Below, piece after piece: positions 19,723 to 31,566 of a stretch of DNA of 64,000 nt. Every line of letters starts with the position of its first letter. Position 1 is the stretch's first letter. The stretch spans positions 512,001 to 576,000 of the forward strand of contig OZ241865.1 in NCBI GenBank assembly GCA_965203275.1. The letters are read 5' to 3'. The stretch is from Bdellovibrionales bacterium. Its GTDB lineage: Bacteria > Bdellovibrionota > Bdellovibrionia > Bdellovibrionales > JAUICD01. The translations under genes were made by a program, and so were the position numbers. Under the pieces are notes generated by a model that was given only the letters and a program-made list of their open reading frames with translations, had not been told where the DNA came from and did no database searches.

Positions 19723-22305
19723 TTAAGGAGAGGCTGGCGTTTTAGTTGGTAACTTAGTTGGTGTCTTAGTCGGTGTTTTGGTCGGTGTTTTAGTTGGTGG
19801 TTTATTTGCAGAACAACTTTGGTTTGTGCTACCACCATGCAGTCCTTCACAGTGCCACCTATACGCAGTAGCAGTATCCTCTATTGCTTGATCATCAGGA
19901 GTGCCGTGCAAACACGTATTCCTCTCTGTACCACACTGGCCGTTTATAGGCAACGGGATAGGACTTACATTTGTGATGGGTTCATTATCACCTAAGTTTT
20001 GATTGTCAATAGTCCCATCAGCTCTACGCTTTGTAATTGCCCCTTGCCCTAACTGACCAAACCAATTATCTCCCCAACACTTTACATTCCCATTATCTAA
20101 AACAAAGCACGCATTAGAGCCACCTGCTGAAATAGCCGTCACACTCCGTCCACTATCTAGAGCTACAGCTTGTAAATGAGTTCCCATTTCATTGGCTTGA
20201 TCTCCAATGTATGATTTGGTGTTTTGATTATTGCCTATTCCTAATTGACCCTTGGAATTGTCTCCAAAACACTTCATTTTACTATTATCTAAGAGAACAC
20301 ATGTGTGAGCAATTCCTGCATCAACCGCACTCACAGTGCGGTTAGCACCCAATGCAATAGCAACATTAGAAGCTGCTATTTCATTATACTGATCGCCATA
20401 GTTTTGTTTATCGTTTTGATTATCACCTAAACCTAACTGCCCTGCATGATTCCGACCCCAACATCTTAAACTTTTATCCTCAAAAGTTGCACAGGTATGG
20501 TAGGCCCCTGCTGTGACAGCCACAGCTTTTTTATTTAACATCACAGGTGAAATATTTGCAAATTCTCCTGTGGCATCACCAATATTAACATTACTGCTAT
20601 CTTTACCAGCAGTTAAACCTAGCTGACCATATTCGTTACTACCCCAACATTTCACCTTACCATCATCACTACCACCGGTCAGGACAGCACAAGTATGTTT
20701 GTGTCCAGCAGTGATGGCCTTGACCTTAAAGTTTTGACCGCCTACAGGAGGCTGATTGGCTACCATTTTCTGAGCGTTATGGCCTATATTTACTGTATTA
20801 TCGTAACCTAACTGACCCTTATCATTGTATCCCCAACATTTCATAGCTTTATTCTCTTTGAGAATAGCACACGTGTGATGGCTTCCAAGAGCAATAGCAT
20901 AAGCTGTCAAATTGGTTCCTAAATTCACAGTGGCAAGATTTGTCATTTCATCAACACTTCCATCACCTATATCATTTGTATGACCTAATCCCAACTGACC
21001 ATAAGTATTTTGCCCCCAACATTTTATTTTATTATTATCTAAAATAGCACAAGTATGTTTTCCTTGTTTTTGTGTGTTGTTTTGGCAGGTATCTGAAGCT
21101 TGAGGAGGATACAATCTATCGCAACAATTAACAGAGTTTTCACCATTTGTGCAGGCAGGAGCCTGTGCAAAGACTGGAGATGGAGCAACTGAAGGAGCAG
21201 GTGAAGCAGCAGCTTGTAAAGTATTCAAACAAGTTTGTCGATTTTGTGTATTAGAATCAGGGCAACAATTATTGGTGTTGTCACCTTGACATAAATGAAG
21301 CCGTTCTGCTCCCTCTGCTGCTGCAATGGTAATAGCTTTTCTACCTAAATGAACAGTAAGGAGACGACTCATTTCATTGCTCTGATCACCTATGCGACGT
21401 ATACTGTCTGTCGTATTGCCAGCAGTTAAACCCAACTGCCCTGCTGAATTATCCCCCCAACATTTAACTGAACCCTGAGATAAAAAGCAACTATGCCAAG
21501 TGCCTGTAGCTATTTGATCAACTATAACTAAAGTTTGTGTGATTTCAAACCGGACACTTGTGACCTGAGATTCTTCTCGTGGCATGGCCTTTTTTGCCTG
21601 AATATGCAAATAAAAAGTACCACTTGTTTTTGTATTTGCTGATGGATAAGTTACTGTTTTGGTATCTCCATACGCTTCATTAGTGAATGCATGAGTCGCA
21701 GAAGCACTGACAACATGACGGAAAGTACACGGCGGTTTGTTACAGTTCCAATTCCAAGTCACAGAAGTTTGAGGCGAAGTGGGTGGAACAATTCCTGTCA
21801 CCTCTAATGATGATGATGATGTTTCATCAGATGATGTTCCTCCTATAACAGCTTTTCTTGTGATCACTCCAGATTTGTATCCAGAACTACTATCCATCGC
21901 CTGAACATGTAAGTAATAAGTGCAGGGAGGACTTGAACAATCTTGTAATATTCTTTTAGCATTTTTATTGTTTGCTTTAAAATCATTGCTTGTAAATTTA
22001 GATTGTTGCTTTGCATTTGTAATGCGAGAAGCATACGTGCAGTTTTTCTTTGTATCAGTACATCTCCAAGTCCATTCTACTGCTCCTTTTGGTGTATCAA
22101 AATCTTTTGGAAGAACACTTAATCCAAGAGATTGTGAGGTCCCTGCCCCCTTTCCAGCAGAATTATTTGTCTGGCAATTTTGAAAGCCAATAAATAATAC
22201 AAACAAACAACCCACTAAAACATACAAAACTTTGCGATGTTCCGTGTTGATACGATTATTACGCAATTGGGTTTGAATTTTTTTCTTTATATTTGTTATA
22301 TTCAT
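19723..22305 (-). CDS. RCC1/BLIP-II-like repeat lipoprotein
   Basis: IGFQNC leader; repeated HTCA...KCWGxNxxGQLG; Cys-rich insert; C-terminal KTPT repeats. Confidence 0.88.
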   Translation of the reverse strand: MNITNIKKKIQTQLRNNRINTEHRKVLYVLVGCLFVLFIGFQNCQTNNSAGKGAGTSQSLGLSVLPKDFDTPKGAVEWTWRCTDTKKNCTYASRITNAKQQSKFTSNDFKANNKNAKRILQDCSSPPCTYYLHVQAMDSSSGYKSGVITRKAVIGGTSSDETSSSSLEVTGIVPPTSPQTSVTWNWNCNKPPCTFRHVVSASATHAFTNEAYGDTKTVTYPSANTKTSGTFYLHIQAKKAMPREESQVTSVRFEITQTLVIVDQIATGTWHSCFLSQGSVKCWGDNSAGQLGLTAGNTTDSIRRIGDQSNEMSRLLTVHLGRKAITIAAAEGAERLHLCQGDNTNNCCPDSNTQNRQTCLNTLQAAASPAPSVAPSPVFAQAPACTNGENSVNCCDRLYPPQASDTCQNNTQKQGKHTCAILDNNKIKCWGQNTYGQLGLGHTNDIGDGSVDEMTNLATVNLGTNLTAYAIALGSHHTCAILKENKAMKCWGYNDKGQLGYDNTVNIGHNAQKMVANQPPVGGQNFKVKAITAGHKHTCAVLTGGSDDGKVKCWGSNEYGQLGLTAGKDSSNVNIGDATGEFANISPVMLNKKAVAVTAGAYHTCATFEDKSLRCWGRNHAGQLGLGDNQNDKQNYGDQYNEIAASNVAIALGANRTVSAVDAGIAHTCVLLDNSKMKCFGDNSKGQLGIGNNQNTKSYIGDQANEMGTHLQAVALDSGRSVTAISAGGSNACFVLDNGNVKCWGDNWFGQLGQGAITKRRADGTIDNQNLGDNEPITNVSPIPLPINGQCGTERNTCLHGTPDDQAIEDTATAYRWHCEGLHGGSTNQSCSANKPPTKTPTKTPTKTPTKLPTKTPASP

Positions 22306-22512
22306 AAGATATATCCTCCACCCCTATTTCATAATGTTTTATTTGTTATTACGATTTTGTGTATCATTACTTTTCATTACTTAAGTTAAAATAATGTATC
22401 TTTTTGGTACACATTAAATAAATCGGTAGAAGTCTTAAAATACTTAAATAAAAAAATATATTTTTTTTAACTTTTATATATAGACAGAATAAATGTAAGT
22501 AAATTCAATAGT

Positions 22513-23598
22513 TTAAGATATGGCTATTATATTGTCTTGAGGGTTGGCCTGCCGAATAGCCTGTAAGGCTTCTTTATAAGTTAAAGGTTTAAAGGGGATT
22601 AAAGTTTTATTTTTAAGTTCAATAATCTTTTGATGGTTATCTATAATTCTCTGTTGAATATCAGGGTCGTTTAAAGTGGCCTTCTCAAGGGCTTCACCTG
22701 CTAAATAAAGAGACTTAAAGCCATCTCCATAAAGCAATAACTGGCATCCAGCCCTAACAGACTGAACTGCAATTTCTTCCACAGACCAATGATTTCTTAA
22801 AGCCTTCATATCTAAGTCATCAGACATTATAAGGCCTCTAAAACCTAATTGGCGGTAGAGTATTTCCCTTAATATTTTTTCAGATAATGTAGCAGGCCAG
22901 TGAGGATCGATTTGAGAATATTTAATATGGGCTGTCATGAGCAAAGGCAGTTTAGCCCGAAAAGCTCGTTTAAAAGGAGGCCAATGAATTGCTTCAAATG
23001 TGTCTAAAGTACTTTCGTCTATAGGCATTTGTTGATGGCTATCTTCAGCAACAGCCCCATGTCCAGGAAAATGCTTTCCGCAAGATATAATTTCTGATTT
23101 AATAAACCCTCTTACAATAGCAGAACCTAATTTTTCCACTACTTCACTTTTTGTACTTAAAGCTCGATCTCCAATGACTTTGTTCTTAGGGTGAGTGAGT
23201 ACATCCAAACAAGGTGCTAAATTGGTGTTGATACCAATAGCTTTGATCTGTTTGCCAAGGGACAGAGCAAAGTCAAATGCCAAAGAAGGAGAATCTGCTA
23301 AGCCTATTTTTTGCATGGATGGCCACTTGGTAAAAGGAGTTTGTTGCAATCTTTGCACTCGCCCTCCTTCCATATCCATAGCCACTAATAAAGGTTTCTG
23401 ATCAGGAGATTTAGCTGCTAATAATTGTAATTGAATAATTAACTCATGTAACTGCTGTGGTGATTCAATGTTACGGTTAAAGAGGATCACACCACCAATG
23501 TTTTCCTCTGAAAAAAGTTTGCATTCTTCTGGAGTCAGACGAGTGCCTTGAATACCTATAATAAAATTTTGATGAATCAAATGCCTTAAAGTTTTCAT
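22513..23598 (-). CDS. nagZ: Beta-N-acetylhexosaminidase (GH3)
   Basis: GGVILFNRN, DMEGGRVQR, KHFPGHG...DSH, SDDLDM. Confidence 0.93.
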   Translation of the reverse strand: MKTLRHLIHQNFIIGIQGTRLTPEECKLFSEENIGGVILFNRNIESPQQLHELIIQLQLLAAKSPDQKPLLVAMDMEGGRVQRLQQTPFTKWPSMQKIGLADSPSLAFDFALSLGKQIKAIGINTNLAPCLDVLTHPKNKVIGDRALSTKSEVVEKLGSAIVRGFIKSEIISCGKHFPGHGAVAEDSHQQMPIDESTLDTFEAIHWPPFKRAFRAKLPLLMTAHIKYSQIDPHWPATLSEKILREILYRQLGFRGLIMSDDLDMKALRNHWSVEEIAVQSVRAGCQLLLYGDGFKSLYLAGEALEKATLNDPDIQQRIIDNHQKIIELKNKTLIPFKPLTYKEALQAIRQANPQDNIIAIS

Positions 23599-23638
23599 GC
23601 AATGTACACTTCAATTATAAATTTTAAGTTGTACTTCA

Positions 23639-25933
23639 TTATAAACTTAATTTTTTATCCTTAAATGTCTGTACTTGCAATGCCGTAAAAGCAACTGTAT
23701 TGACAATATCGTTGACAGTACAAGATCTGTGCAACACATTGGCCGGATGATTGACCCCCATTAAAAAAGGCCCTAAAACCTCAGCCTTACCTAAATGTTG
23801 CACCATCTTATAAGCAATATTACTAGCATCTAAATGAGGAAAAATCAAAATATTAGCAGCTTGCTTTAAATGACAAAAAGGGAAAAGCTCTTGCATAATC
23901 TCTGTATTTAAAGCTGTGCTAGCTTGCATTTCACCATCAACCAATAAATGAGGATGTGTTTTCCGTACAATATCTGCTGCTTGTTTCATTTTAAGAGGCG
24001 TAGGATATCCCGACACAAAATTAGAAAAACTCACCATAGCAATACGAGGCTTTATCCGAAAAAAATTAGCTACATCAGCTACGTGAATAGCAATATTTGC
24101 TAACTGCTCAGCCGAAGGTTCTACATTGATTGTGGTATCAGCAAAAAAATATGCTTTTTTATGAATGATGATAATAGTCAAACCTGCAACAATGCTCCCA
24201 GAGCTTTTACCAATCACCTGTAAAACAGGACGTACAGAATCAGCATAGTTTTGAGTAGCCCCTGTGATCATAGCATCTGCATCCCCCAATCGCACACTCA
24301 TAGCAGCAAAATAATTGACATCTCGTATAAGACGCTCTGCCTCTCGCAAGTGAACCCCCCTGCGATGCCTCAATCGATGAAGCTCTTTGACATATTTATC
24401 ATACTTTACATGAGACCAAGGAGTACAAATAGGTAAATCTTTCAGTTCATCTAAATGCAAATCTTTGATTTTTTCTGTAATGCCTTTTTTGTCTCCAAGT
24501 AAAATAGGCTGTGCAAAGCCTTCCTCTAAAACCTCAGCTATAGCCTTGAGGACCTTGGGATTATTCGCTTCAGCAAATATAATTTTAGGTAAGTTATGTT
24601 TTTTGTTTCTTACATTTTTCTTCACATTATTGATAATATCCCTTACAAATTCTTTAGAAGCTCCCTGGAGAGATTCAAGTCTTTCTCTGTATTTATTGTA
24701 ATTTGTGATAGGAGAACGAGCCACACCAGAAAGCTTTGCTGCTTTAGCTACCGCTGGAGCAACTCTCAATAAAACACGAGGGTCAAAAGGTTTGGGTAAA
24801 ATATAATCAGGTCCAAATTCAAAATGCTTTCCATCATAAGCAACCGAAACAGATTCTGGTACTTCCTCATGAGCTAGCTGGGCAAGAGCATGGACAGCAG
24901 CTAGTTTCATCTCTTTTGTCAAAGCTGTAGCTTTTACATCTAAAGCTCCTCTAAACATAAAAGGGAAACACAAGAGATTGTTGACTTGATTAGGAAAGTC
25001 ACTTCGCCCTGTAGCCATAATGACATCAGAGCGTACAGATCGAGCTACATCAGGCATAATCTCAGGAGTAGGATTAGCTAATGCAAAAACAATAGGATTT
25101 TTTGCCATGCCTTTGAGCATCTCTGAAGTCATAGCTCCACCCACACTCAAACCTAAAAACACATCAGCACCCACAAGAGCCTCTTTAAGATTTTGTATTT
25201 TTTGATTGTACTCAATTGCAAATTCTTGTTTATTTTTGTTCATACCCTCTTTGCGATCTTTGTAAATCACACCTTTGGAATCACACATAATAATATTTTC
25301 TTTGCGTATGCCCAAATCTAAAAAGAGTCTCCCGCAAGCAATAGAAGCTGCTCCCGCTCCATTGAACACCAAACGTAACTGATCTAGTGGTTTATTGATG
25401 ATCTCTGCTGCATTAATGAGAGCTGCAGCAGAAATAATAGCTGTCCCATGTTGATCATCATGAAAGATGGGAATTTGCATCTCTTGAGTCAGTCTTTCTT
25501 CTATATCAAAACATTCAGGAGCTTTAATATCTTCTAAATTAATGCCTCCAAAAGTTGGTTCAAGGGCTTTGACAACTTGAACAAATGCATCCACTGTCTT
25601 AGCATTAAGCTCTATGTCGAATACATCAATATCAGCAAATTTTTTAAAGAGAATGCCCTTACCCTCCATAACAGGTTTGCTAGCAAGAGGGCCGATATTT
25701 CCTAAACCTAAAACAGCTGTGCCATTTGAAATGACAGCCACAAGATTGCCACGTGCTGTATAGTCAAACACCTTAAGAGGATCCTTAGCAATCTCTGTGC
25801 AGGGAATAGCTACACCCGGAGAATAAGCTAAGGCTAAGTCTTGCTCTGTATCACAAGGCTTTGTAGGGATCACTTCTATTTTCCCCCGACGACCTGATGA
25901 ATGAAATTCTAATGGATTTTTTTTCTGCTTCAT
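23639..25933 (-). CDS. maeB: NADP-dependent malic enzyme with PTA domain
   Basis: [41 protein letters not shown]. Confidence 0.96.
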   Translation of the reverse strand: MKQKKNPLEFHSSGRRGKIEVIPTKPCDTEQDLALAYSPGVAIPCTEIAKDPLKVFDYTARGNLVAVISNGTAVLGLGNIGPLASKPVMEGKGILFKKFADIDVFDIELNAKTVDAFVQVVKALEPTFGGINLEDIKAPECFDIEERLTQEMQIPIFHDDQHGTAIISAAALINAAEIINKPLDQLRLVFNGAGAASIACGRLFLDLGIRKENIIMCDSKGVIYKDRKEGMNKNKQEFAIEYNQKIQNLKEALVGADVFLGLSVGGAMTSEMLKGMAKNPIVFALANPTPEIMPDVARSVRSDVIMATGRSDFPNQVNNLLCFPFMFRGALDVKATALTKEMKLAAVHALAQLAHEEVPESVSVAYDGKHFEFGPDYILPKPFDPRVLLRVAPAVAKAAKLSGVARSPITNYNKYRERLESLQGASKEFVRDIINNVKKNVRNKKHNLPKIIFAEANNPKVLKAIAEVLEEGFAQPILLGDKKGITEKIKDLHLDELKDLPICTPWSHVKYDKYVKELHRLRHRRGVHLREAERLIRDVNYFAAMSVRLGDADAMITGATQNYADSVRPVLQVIGKSSGSIVAGLTIIIIHKKAYFFADTTINVEPSAEQLANIAIHVADVANFFRIKPRIAMVSFSNFVSGYPTPLKMKQAADIVRKTHPHLLVDGEMQASTALNTEIMQELFPFCHLKQAANILIFPHLDASNIAYKMVQHLGKAEVLGPFLMGVNHPANVLHRSCTVNDIVNTVAFTALQVQTFKDKKLSL

Positions 25934-26111
25934 TATTTGGACCTTTTATTGTCTAATTTCGGTGATCTTCGTCTACCCGTACGCACCTCTTTTAGAAACA
26001 AGTGAACTGTTTCCCTCAAAATTTCCCTTCCTTGAATCTATTATTATCTTATTTCGTAAATCCACCAGATCAAGCCCCTTTCAGAGAACTGGAAGGTCAA
26101 TTTTGAGGCAT

Positions 26112-27155
26112 TGTTTCACTAAAAGTAAACTAGCCTCTGGCTACTTTTGGACATTGCTCTGACAGCTTACGCTGTCTAAAAAGAGCAATGTCTCAAAAGT
26201 CCGTTTACTTTTAGTAAGGAGGATCTCTTCGTCTCTTTACACCATGTTAAGGAAAAAGTTCCTTTTAACAACGAGTTGCCGGATCCCGGATCCCAGATCC
26301 CGGGAAAAAGGATCCTCTCATATCCTTATATGCTTGAAACAAAGCATTCGTTTTTTTTATTTTTTTTAGATTCTGTGTAATTTTCAAAAAAGCGTGAATG
26401 TTATGAATGAGAGGCGGAGGTAAACTGAAAGGTTTACTTCACTAAAAGTGGTCTGACCTCTGGTCACTTTCTGGTTGCCAGCCGAAGGCTACCGCCTTCT
26501 CAATTGCTGGCAACCTCCACTTTTAGTAGAAAGGATCTCTCCTCTCTTAACATGATATTAAAGAAACAGTTCCTTTATTGCAACTCATTTGCCTCCCAAA
26601 AAATTTTAGAATCATATCTTGTTTCCCTAACATGGTGTCAGAAGCAAAGATATCCACCCTACTCAAAATGAGCAGATTTTTGAGGCATTGCTCTTTTTAG
26701 ACAGCGTAAGCTGTCATCAGAAGGAAATCTTTTTCCTTAACATGATGTTAAGAAATGAGGACATCCTTCTTCCTAAAATTGAACAAGCTTTTGAGGCAGT
26801 TAGCCTTTGATCGACGACGACAGTCGTCGGGATGCCCAAAAGTAGCCAGAGGCTAGTTCAATTTTAGGGAAACAGAGGTGTCTCATTTTATATCATGTTA
26901 AGGAAATAAGGCATTCGTTTTTTTATATTTTTTTTAGATTCTGTGTAAATCTCAAATAAAAAGTAATTAAGGGGAGGATGGGGCAGTGGAAGCCTTCCGA
27001 AGTCCTCAATTGAGCTTGCTTTTAAAGAGCAAGCTCAATTTGCGGAAGATCTCCAGGCTCCCGTTGCCACATCCTCAAGTAAAAACAAAAATGGAAAAGC
27101 AGAATCAAGGGCAGGGGGTGGGGTTAGGGAGTTAATTGGTTCACTAAAAATAAAT
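26112..27155. repeat. Repeat cluster 4, including module B with inverted core (26974-27076)
   Basis: Same motifs as the other clusters. Confidence 0.9.
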
Positions 27156-27432
27156 TAAAAAGCTTACAGTAAAAAAAAGCTTACATCCTAGTGGCACAAA
27201 ATCTCTTTCGACTCATAACCTACTGAAATCTCATAACTTTATTTTTGCAGGCTGTCAAACTCAGGAACTCAGAAGCTATTAAATAAATAATAGAAAAACT
27301 CCAAGTCTAAAGATTCATTTCAACCCTTCTTTAGCTAACTTCAGTGTGTATATTCATAAAGTCTAAATATTTAAACAAATCTATTCAAAATATTCTATTA
27401 TTTGTATAATAAAAACTTAAGCAGGGGGAGGA

Positions 27433-29916
27433 GTGCAACTTAAAGTGTTGGCATCAGTAACGTTCCGAAATCTATTGATATGCAGTCTTTTGTCCTCTAT
27501 TGTGGTTGCTTGTGGAGATCCATCAAAATCAAACTTTGATGACATGCCTGACCCCTCTACACAATACTTACTAGACCATCCAGAAGAAAATCGCAAAAGA
27601 CTGCAAAGGCTTCTCGAAGAAGAAAGACAAAAGCGACTGAAATTAGAACATTATTTAGACTCAGATCACTTTCAACACCTTGATCAGGATCACAATGACT
27701 TAAGCTCTTTCCTTGATCATATCAGACAAAAGACTATTGAAATACAACAAAACTTAAACCTCAATAAAGCAAATCTATTGATGGCTTCCGCTAATCAAAT
27801 ACCTCAAATACCTCAAGAACCTCAAATGCCTCAAGAACCTTCTGATGATTCATCAAATACTTCATCAAATACTCCATCAAAACAAGAGACTAGCTCTGTT
27901 GAAAAATATCCAGAGGCCTTTTCAAAGGCTTTAGATACATTAGAGGGTTTTTCATATCAAATGCAAAAGGCCTGGGAGTGGACAAAAGACAAATGGAACT
28001 CAGAAGAAGTGCAATCTAACTTAGATTATTTAAAACGCCAGGGAAAGACGGCAATAGAAAGCTTAGGAGCTTTCTCTGAAAATGCTATAGAAAATGTACA
28101 ACAACTCAGCAAACACCTTCAAATGCGGGCAGGAGAAAGACAAGAAATAAAAGAAGAAATAGCTAGAAGACAAGTAGCTGAAATGAGGGCCATGAGACAT
28201 CAAGAAATTGTATCCCTTGAAATGCAAGAATCTCAAGCATATAAAGCAAGACTAGAAGCTCAGGCAACAGCTGTGGCTCAAAGAGCAGAGGCCATTGCAT
28301 GGGCGATTCAAGCTCGCAAGGACACTCCTATAAGGGAAAATATAAGAAAAGAAATGACAGCAGAAAAAGGGCAGTGGGCTGCTAGAGAGACTATTGAGAG
28401 ATGGAGTCGCCTATCATACGAAGACAGAAGAACAAGAAGTAACTATAGAGTTTTGAAAGCAGATATTCAAAACCATCAAATGCATAACCTACCTAATAGA
28501 TATTCTCTTTTAGAAATAAACTCTGAATCTGAGGCCTCTATTTGCTTTACAGATCGTTGCATCATTTACCCTTTAGCTGATCTAGAATCTGATTTAAAAA
28601 ATCTTATCAAACAAGTCACAGAAAATGATCAAGAGGAGTTTAAATGGAGAATAGCTGCCAGACGAGAACGTGAAGCCAAAGCACGATCTGAAGCAGCAGC
28701 TAGGGCAGCTGAACGTAAACGTAATGATGAGATAACAGATCAATGGGCTAGCAGTTGGTTGAGAGAGAGACGGTACGAATCGGCTTTAGAAGAGAATATG
28801 CTTCCTATAACAGCAGGTATTAAGCTTTTTCCTATCTATTGGGGAGATACTGTTTATGCTAGAACTTCAGAAGAAGATATGAAATGGCTTTCTTTAAGAG
28901 ATCATTCTTCTACATCGAATGCTCCAGATAATTTATTTAAAATAGAAGCTTTCAATCCTGAACAACCTGAAATGAGCCGAACACTCATAGCAGATAGAGT
29001 CAATGAAATAGAATTAATTATTGGATGTCATAGAAGACTTAGCTGTAATGATAATAAGATAAAGTATAAAAGCAGAAGAAATGATTCATGGCAAGAATAT
29101 CCTTTAAAAAGACTTATTAATTATCAAAATACTCGCACTGTTTATCAAATACAAATCACGCCTCTTTCTCAAGAGAAAGATGCGACAACACAAGTGAGAT
29201 GGAAAGTTAATAGAAGGAACAGGGAGATCAATCAACGCTATAGAGGATATTTTCGTATTGCTATCACAAAAAGAGGGAAAAAAGACAACAATAAAAGAGA
29301 AGAAGATGAAATAGAAGAATGGAGTCTTATTAATGATATCCCTTTAGAACATTATGTTCAGTCTGTTGTAGCAAGTGAAATTTATTCTCGCTATGCAATG
29401 GATACCCATAAAGCACAAGCTATTGCAGCTCGTACTTATGCTTTATGGTGGATTCGTACAAATAGAAGAGTACACCCACGTGGATGGGATATGGGACCTA
29501 ATACAGCTTTTCAAGCATATAGAGGATTTCGTGTAGAAACTTGGAAAGGATACAGATCTGTTTTAGAAACACTGGGCGAAGTACTCACCTATAATGGCAG
29601 AGTGGCTTTCACAGAATACCATGCCTGTTCTCGATCTTATACTAAAACTGATGAAAGGGTAGCTATCTTTAGACGTAGAAATACTCCAGACTATGTGAAC
29701 TGCGGTAATGGAGAATCTCGATTTGGACATGGACGTGGGCTTCCTCAACAAACAGCGAATGCACTGATCACAAATGGATGGGATACAAGTAAAACCCAAA
29801 GCCGGCCGACAAGAAATGCTAAATATCCTGCAAATTATGAAGAACCATGGAGCTATAAAGATGTTTTACTTTATTTTTACGATGGGGTTGAAATACAAGA
29901 CTATAAAGATTTGTGA
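27433..29916 (+). CDS. SpoIID/LytB-domain lipoprotein with long coiled-coil N-terminal region
   Basis: Lipobox VVAC; INDIPLEHYVQSVVASE, KAQAIAARTYA, FQAYRG, FGHGRGLPQ. Confidence 0.85.
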   Translation: MQLKVLASVTFRNLLICSLLSSIVVACGDPSKSNFDDMPDPSTQYLLDHPEENRKRLQRLLEEERQKRLKLEHYLDSDHFQHLDQDHNDLSSFLDHIRQKTIEIQQNLNLNKANLLMASANQIPQIPQEPQMPQEPSDDSSNTSSNTPSKQETSSVEKYPEAFSKALDTLEGFSYQMQKAWEWTKDKWNSEEVQSNLDYLKRQGKTAIESLGAFSENAIENVQQLSKHLQMRAGERQEIKEEIARRQVAEMRAMRHQEIVSLEMQESQAYKARLEAQATAVAQRAEAIAWAIQARKDTPIRENIRKEMTAEKGQWAARETIERWSRLSYEDRRTRSNYRVLKADIQNHQMHNLPNRYSLLEINSESEASICFTDRCIIYPLADLESDLKNLIKQVTENDQEEFKWRIAARREREAKARSEAAARAAERKRNDEITDQWASSWLRERRYESALEENMLPITAGIKLFPIYWGDTVYARTSEEDMKWLSLRDHSSTSNAPDNLFKIEAFNPEQPEMSRTLIADRVNEIELIIGCHRRLSCNDNKIKYKSRRNDSWQEYPLKRLINYQNTRTVYQIQITPLSQEKDATTQVRWKVNRRNREINQRYRGYFRIAITKRGKKDNNKREEDEIEEWSLINDIPLEHYVQSVVASEIYSRYAMDTHKAQAIAARTYALWWIRTNRRVHPRGWDMGPNTAFQAYRGFRVETWKGYRSVLETLGEVLTYNGRVAFTEYHACSRSYTKTDERVAIFRRRNTPDYVNCGNGESRFGHGRGLPQQTANALITNGWDTSKTQSRPTRNAKYPANYEEPWSYKDVLLYFYDGVEIQDYKDL

Positions 29917-29972
29917 TTTTGTTGCATGCAAAAAAATCTTGTATTGAGAATATCAAAGTTCATTTATTTCAA

Positions 29973-31517
29973 TCAAATGCGAGGAAACAAAGGACATGAT
30001 TTTTTAATAGCTGTCCCCTCTTGAAGTAGCCCCCACTTTTGTGCATCTTGAAAGCATGGAGCTACTTGCCAGTTAATCCTTTCAAGTAATACCTTCATTT
30101 TCACTGGCATGATAGGATACAGTAAAATAGCTGATATACGTAAGGCTTCTAAACAACTATAAAGAGCTTCTGCTGCTAAAATTTGTTGATCCTTCAGGTG
30201 TGGATTGGCTTTAAGCTCTTTTAAAGCAATCCATGGTTTCATTTCTTCCAAATAACTATTGGTGGCATTTAAAAAATGCATGATCAAATGAGGTGCTTTT
30301 TGAGGGGCTAGAGAATCAATAGCCTCTTTAACCCGAGGAGCAAGGCTTTCGGCTTGTGCTATTAATTTTTTTGTGGGTGGTTGGTTTGCAACACAGATGG
30401 GTATTAAACCTTGAAAGCCTTTTTCCACAAGAGTACTGCTACGACTCAAAAGATTGCCTAAATTATTCGATAAGTCCGTGTTGATACAATCAATAGCTAA
30501 GTTTGTTTTGAAGTGAGCATCGTTGCCAAAGTTAATGCTTTTTGTAAGAAAATAACGTAAGCCATGGACACCAATAATATTTTTGACCTCAAGAGGTTTG
30601 AGGACTTTATTTTTAGATTTGCTCATTTTTTCGTTATTTTCTGTCAGCCACCACCCGTGAGCAAATATTTGCTTTGGCAGAGGAGCTTGAAGTGCCATCA
30701 ACATAGTAGGCCAGTAGACGGCATGAGTGATCAGAATATCTTTGCCAATGATATGGATGGCTTGAGGCCAAAATTGATGGAATTGATCTTGCTTTTCTTT
30801 TTGGCGGTAACCTATAGCAGAAGCATAATTTAAAAGAGCATCAAACCACACATAAGTGACATGCTGTGTATCAAAAGGGATTTCAATACCCCACTTTAGA
30901 CGTGACTTAGGCCGGCTAATACTCAGATCTTCTAAAGGCTGTTTTAAAAATCCTAAAACTTCGTTTCTTTTAGAATCTGGTTGTATAAAATGAGGATTTT
31001 GCTCTATATGATCTTTAAGCCCTTCTTGATATTTAGACATTCTAAAAAAGTAATTTTCTTCTTTGATTTTGTGAACAGGGTTTCCAAGCGGACTCTTACC
31101 ATCTTTGAGTTCTTTGGTTGTATAAAAAATTTCTTCACTTTCACAATAAAGACCCTCATAATTTTTTTTGTAAATTTCACCCTTATCCCAAAGTTCTTGA
31201 AGGCAAGATTGTACAACTTTTTTATGAAAGTCCATTGTGGTTCGCATAAAAAAGCTTTCTTTGATTTCTAACTCCGCCCATAAGTCCTGAAAATGTTTTG
31301 CATATTCGTCTATGTGTTGCTCAATGGGTAACCCTCTTTTAGTGGCAGCATTTTCAACCTTCTGCCCATGTTCATCTGTACCTGTGAGCAGAAAAGAATC
31401 TTCACCAAAAAGAAGATGATAACGATGAAGTACATCACAGATCACAGTAGAGTAGGCATGGCCAATATGAGGTGAGTCATTAACATAGTAGAGAGGTGTT
31501 GTGATGTAAAAACTCAT
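29973..31517 (-). CDS. metG: Methionine--tRNA ligase (short form)
   Basis: YITTPLYYVN, HIGH, GTDEHGQK, YVWFDAL, KMSKS. Confidence 0.97.
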   Translation of the reverse strand: MSFYITTPLYYVNDSPHIGHAYSTVICDVLHRYHLLFGEDSFLLTGTDEHGQKVENAATKRGLPIEQHIDEYAKHFQDLWAELEIKESFFMRTTMDFHKKVVQSCLQELWDKGEIYKKNYEGLYCESEEIFYTTKELKDGKSPLGNPVHKIKEENYFFRMSKYQEGLKDHIEQNPHFIQPDSKRNEVLGFLKQPLEDLSISRPKSRLKWGIEIPFDTQHVTYVWFDALLNYASAIGYRQKEKQDQFHQFWPQAIHIIGKDILITHAVYWPTMLMALQAPLPKQIFAHGWWLTENNEKMSKSKNKVLKPLEVKNIIGVHGLRYFLTKSINFGNDAHFKTNLAIDCINTDLSNNLGNLLSRSSTLVEKGFQGLIPICVANQPPTKKLIAQAESLAPRVKEAIDSLAPQKAPHLIMHFLNATNSYLEEMKPWIALKELKANPHLKDQQILAAEALYSCLEALRISAILLYPIMPVKMKVLLERINWQVAPCFQDAQKWGLLQEGTAIKKSCPLFPRI

Positions 31518-31566
31518 TTATTGATGGCCCTTTTAGTTGATTTATTTATTATAACACAACAAAAAA

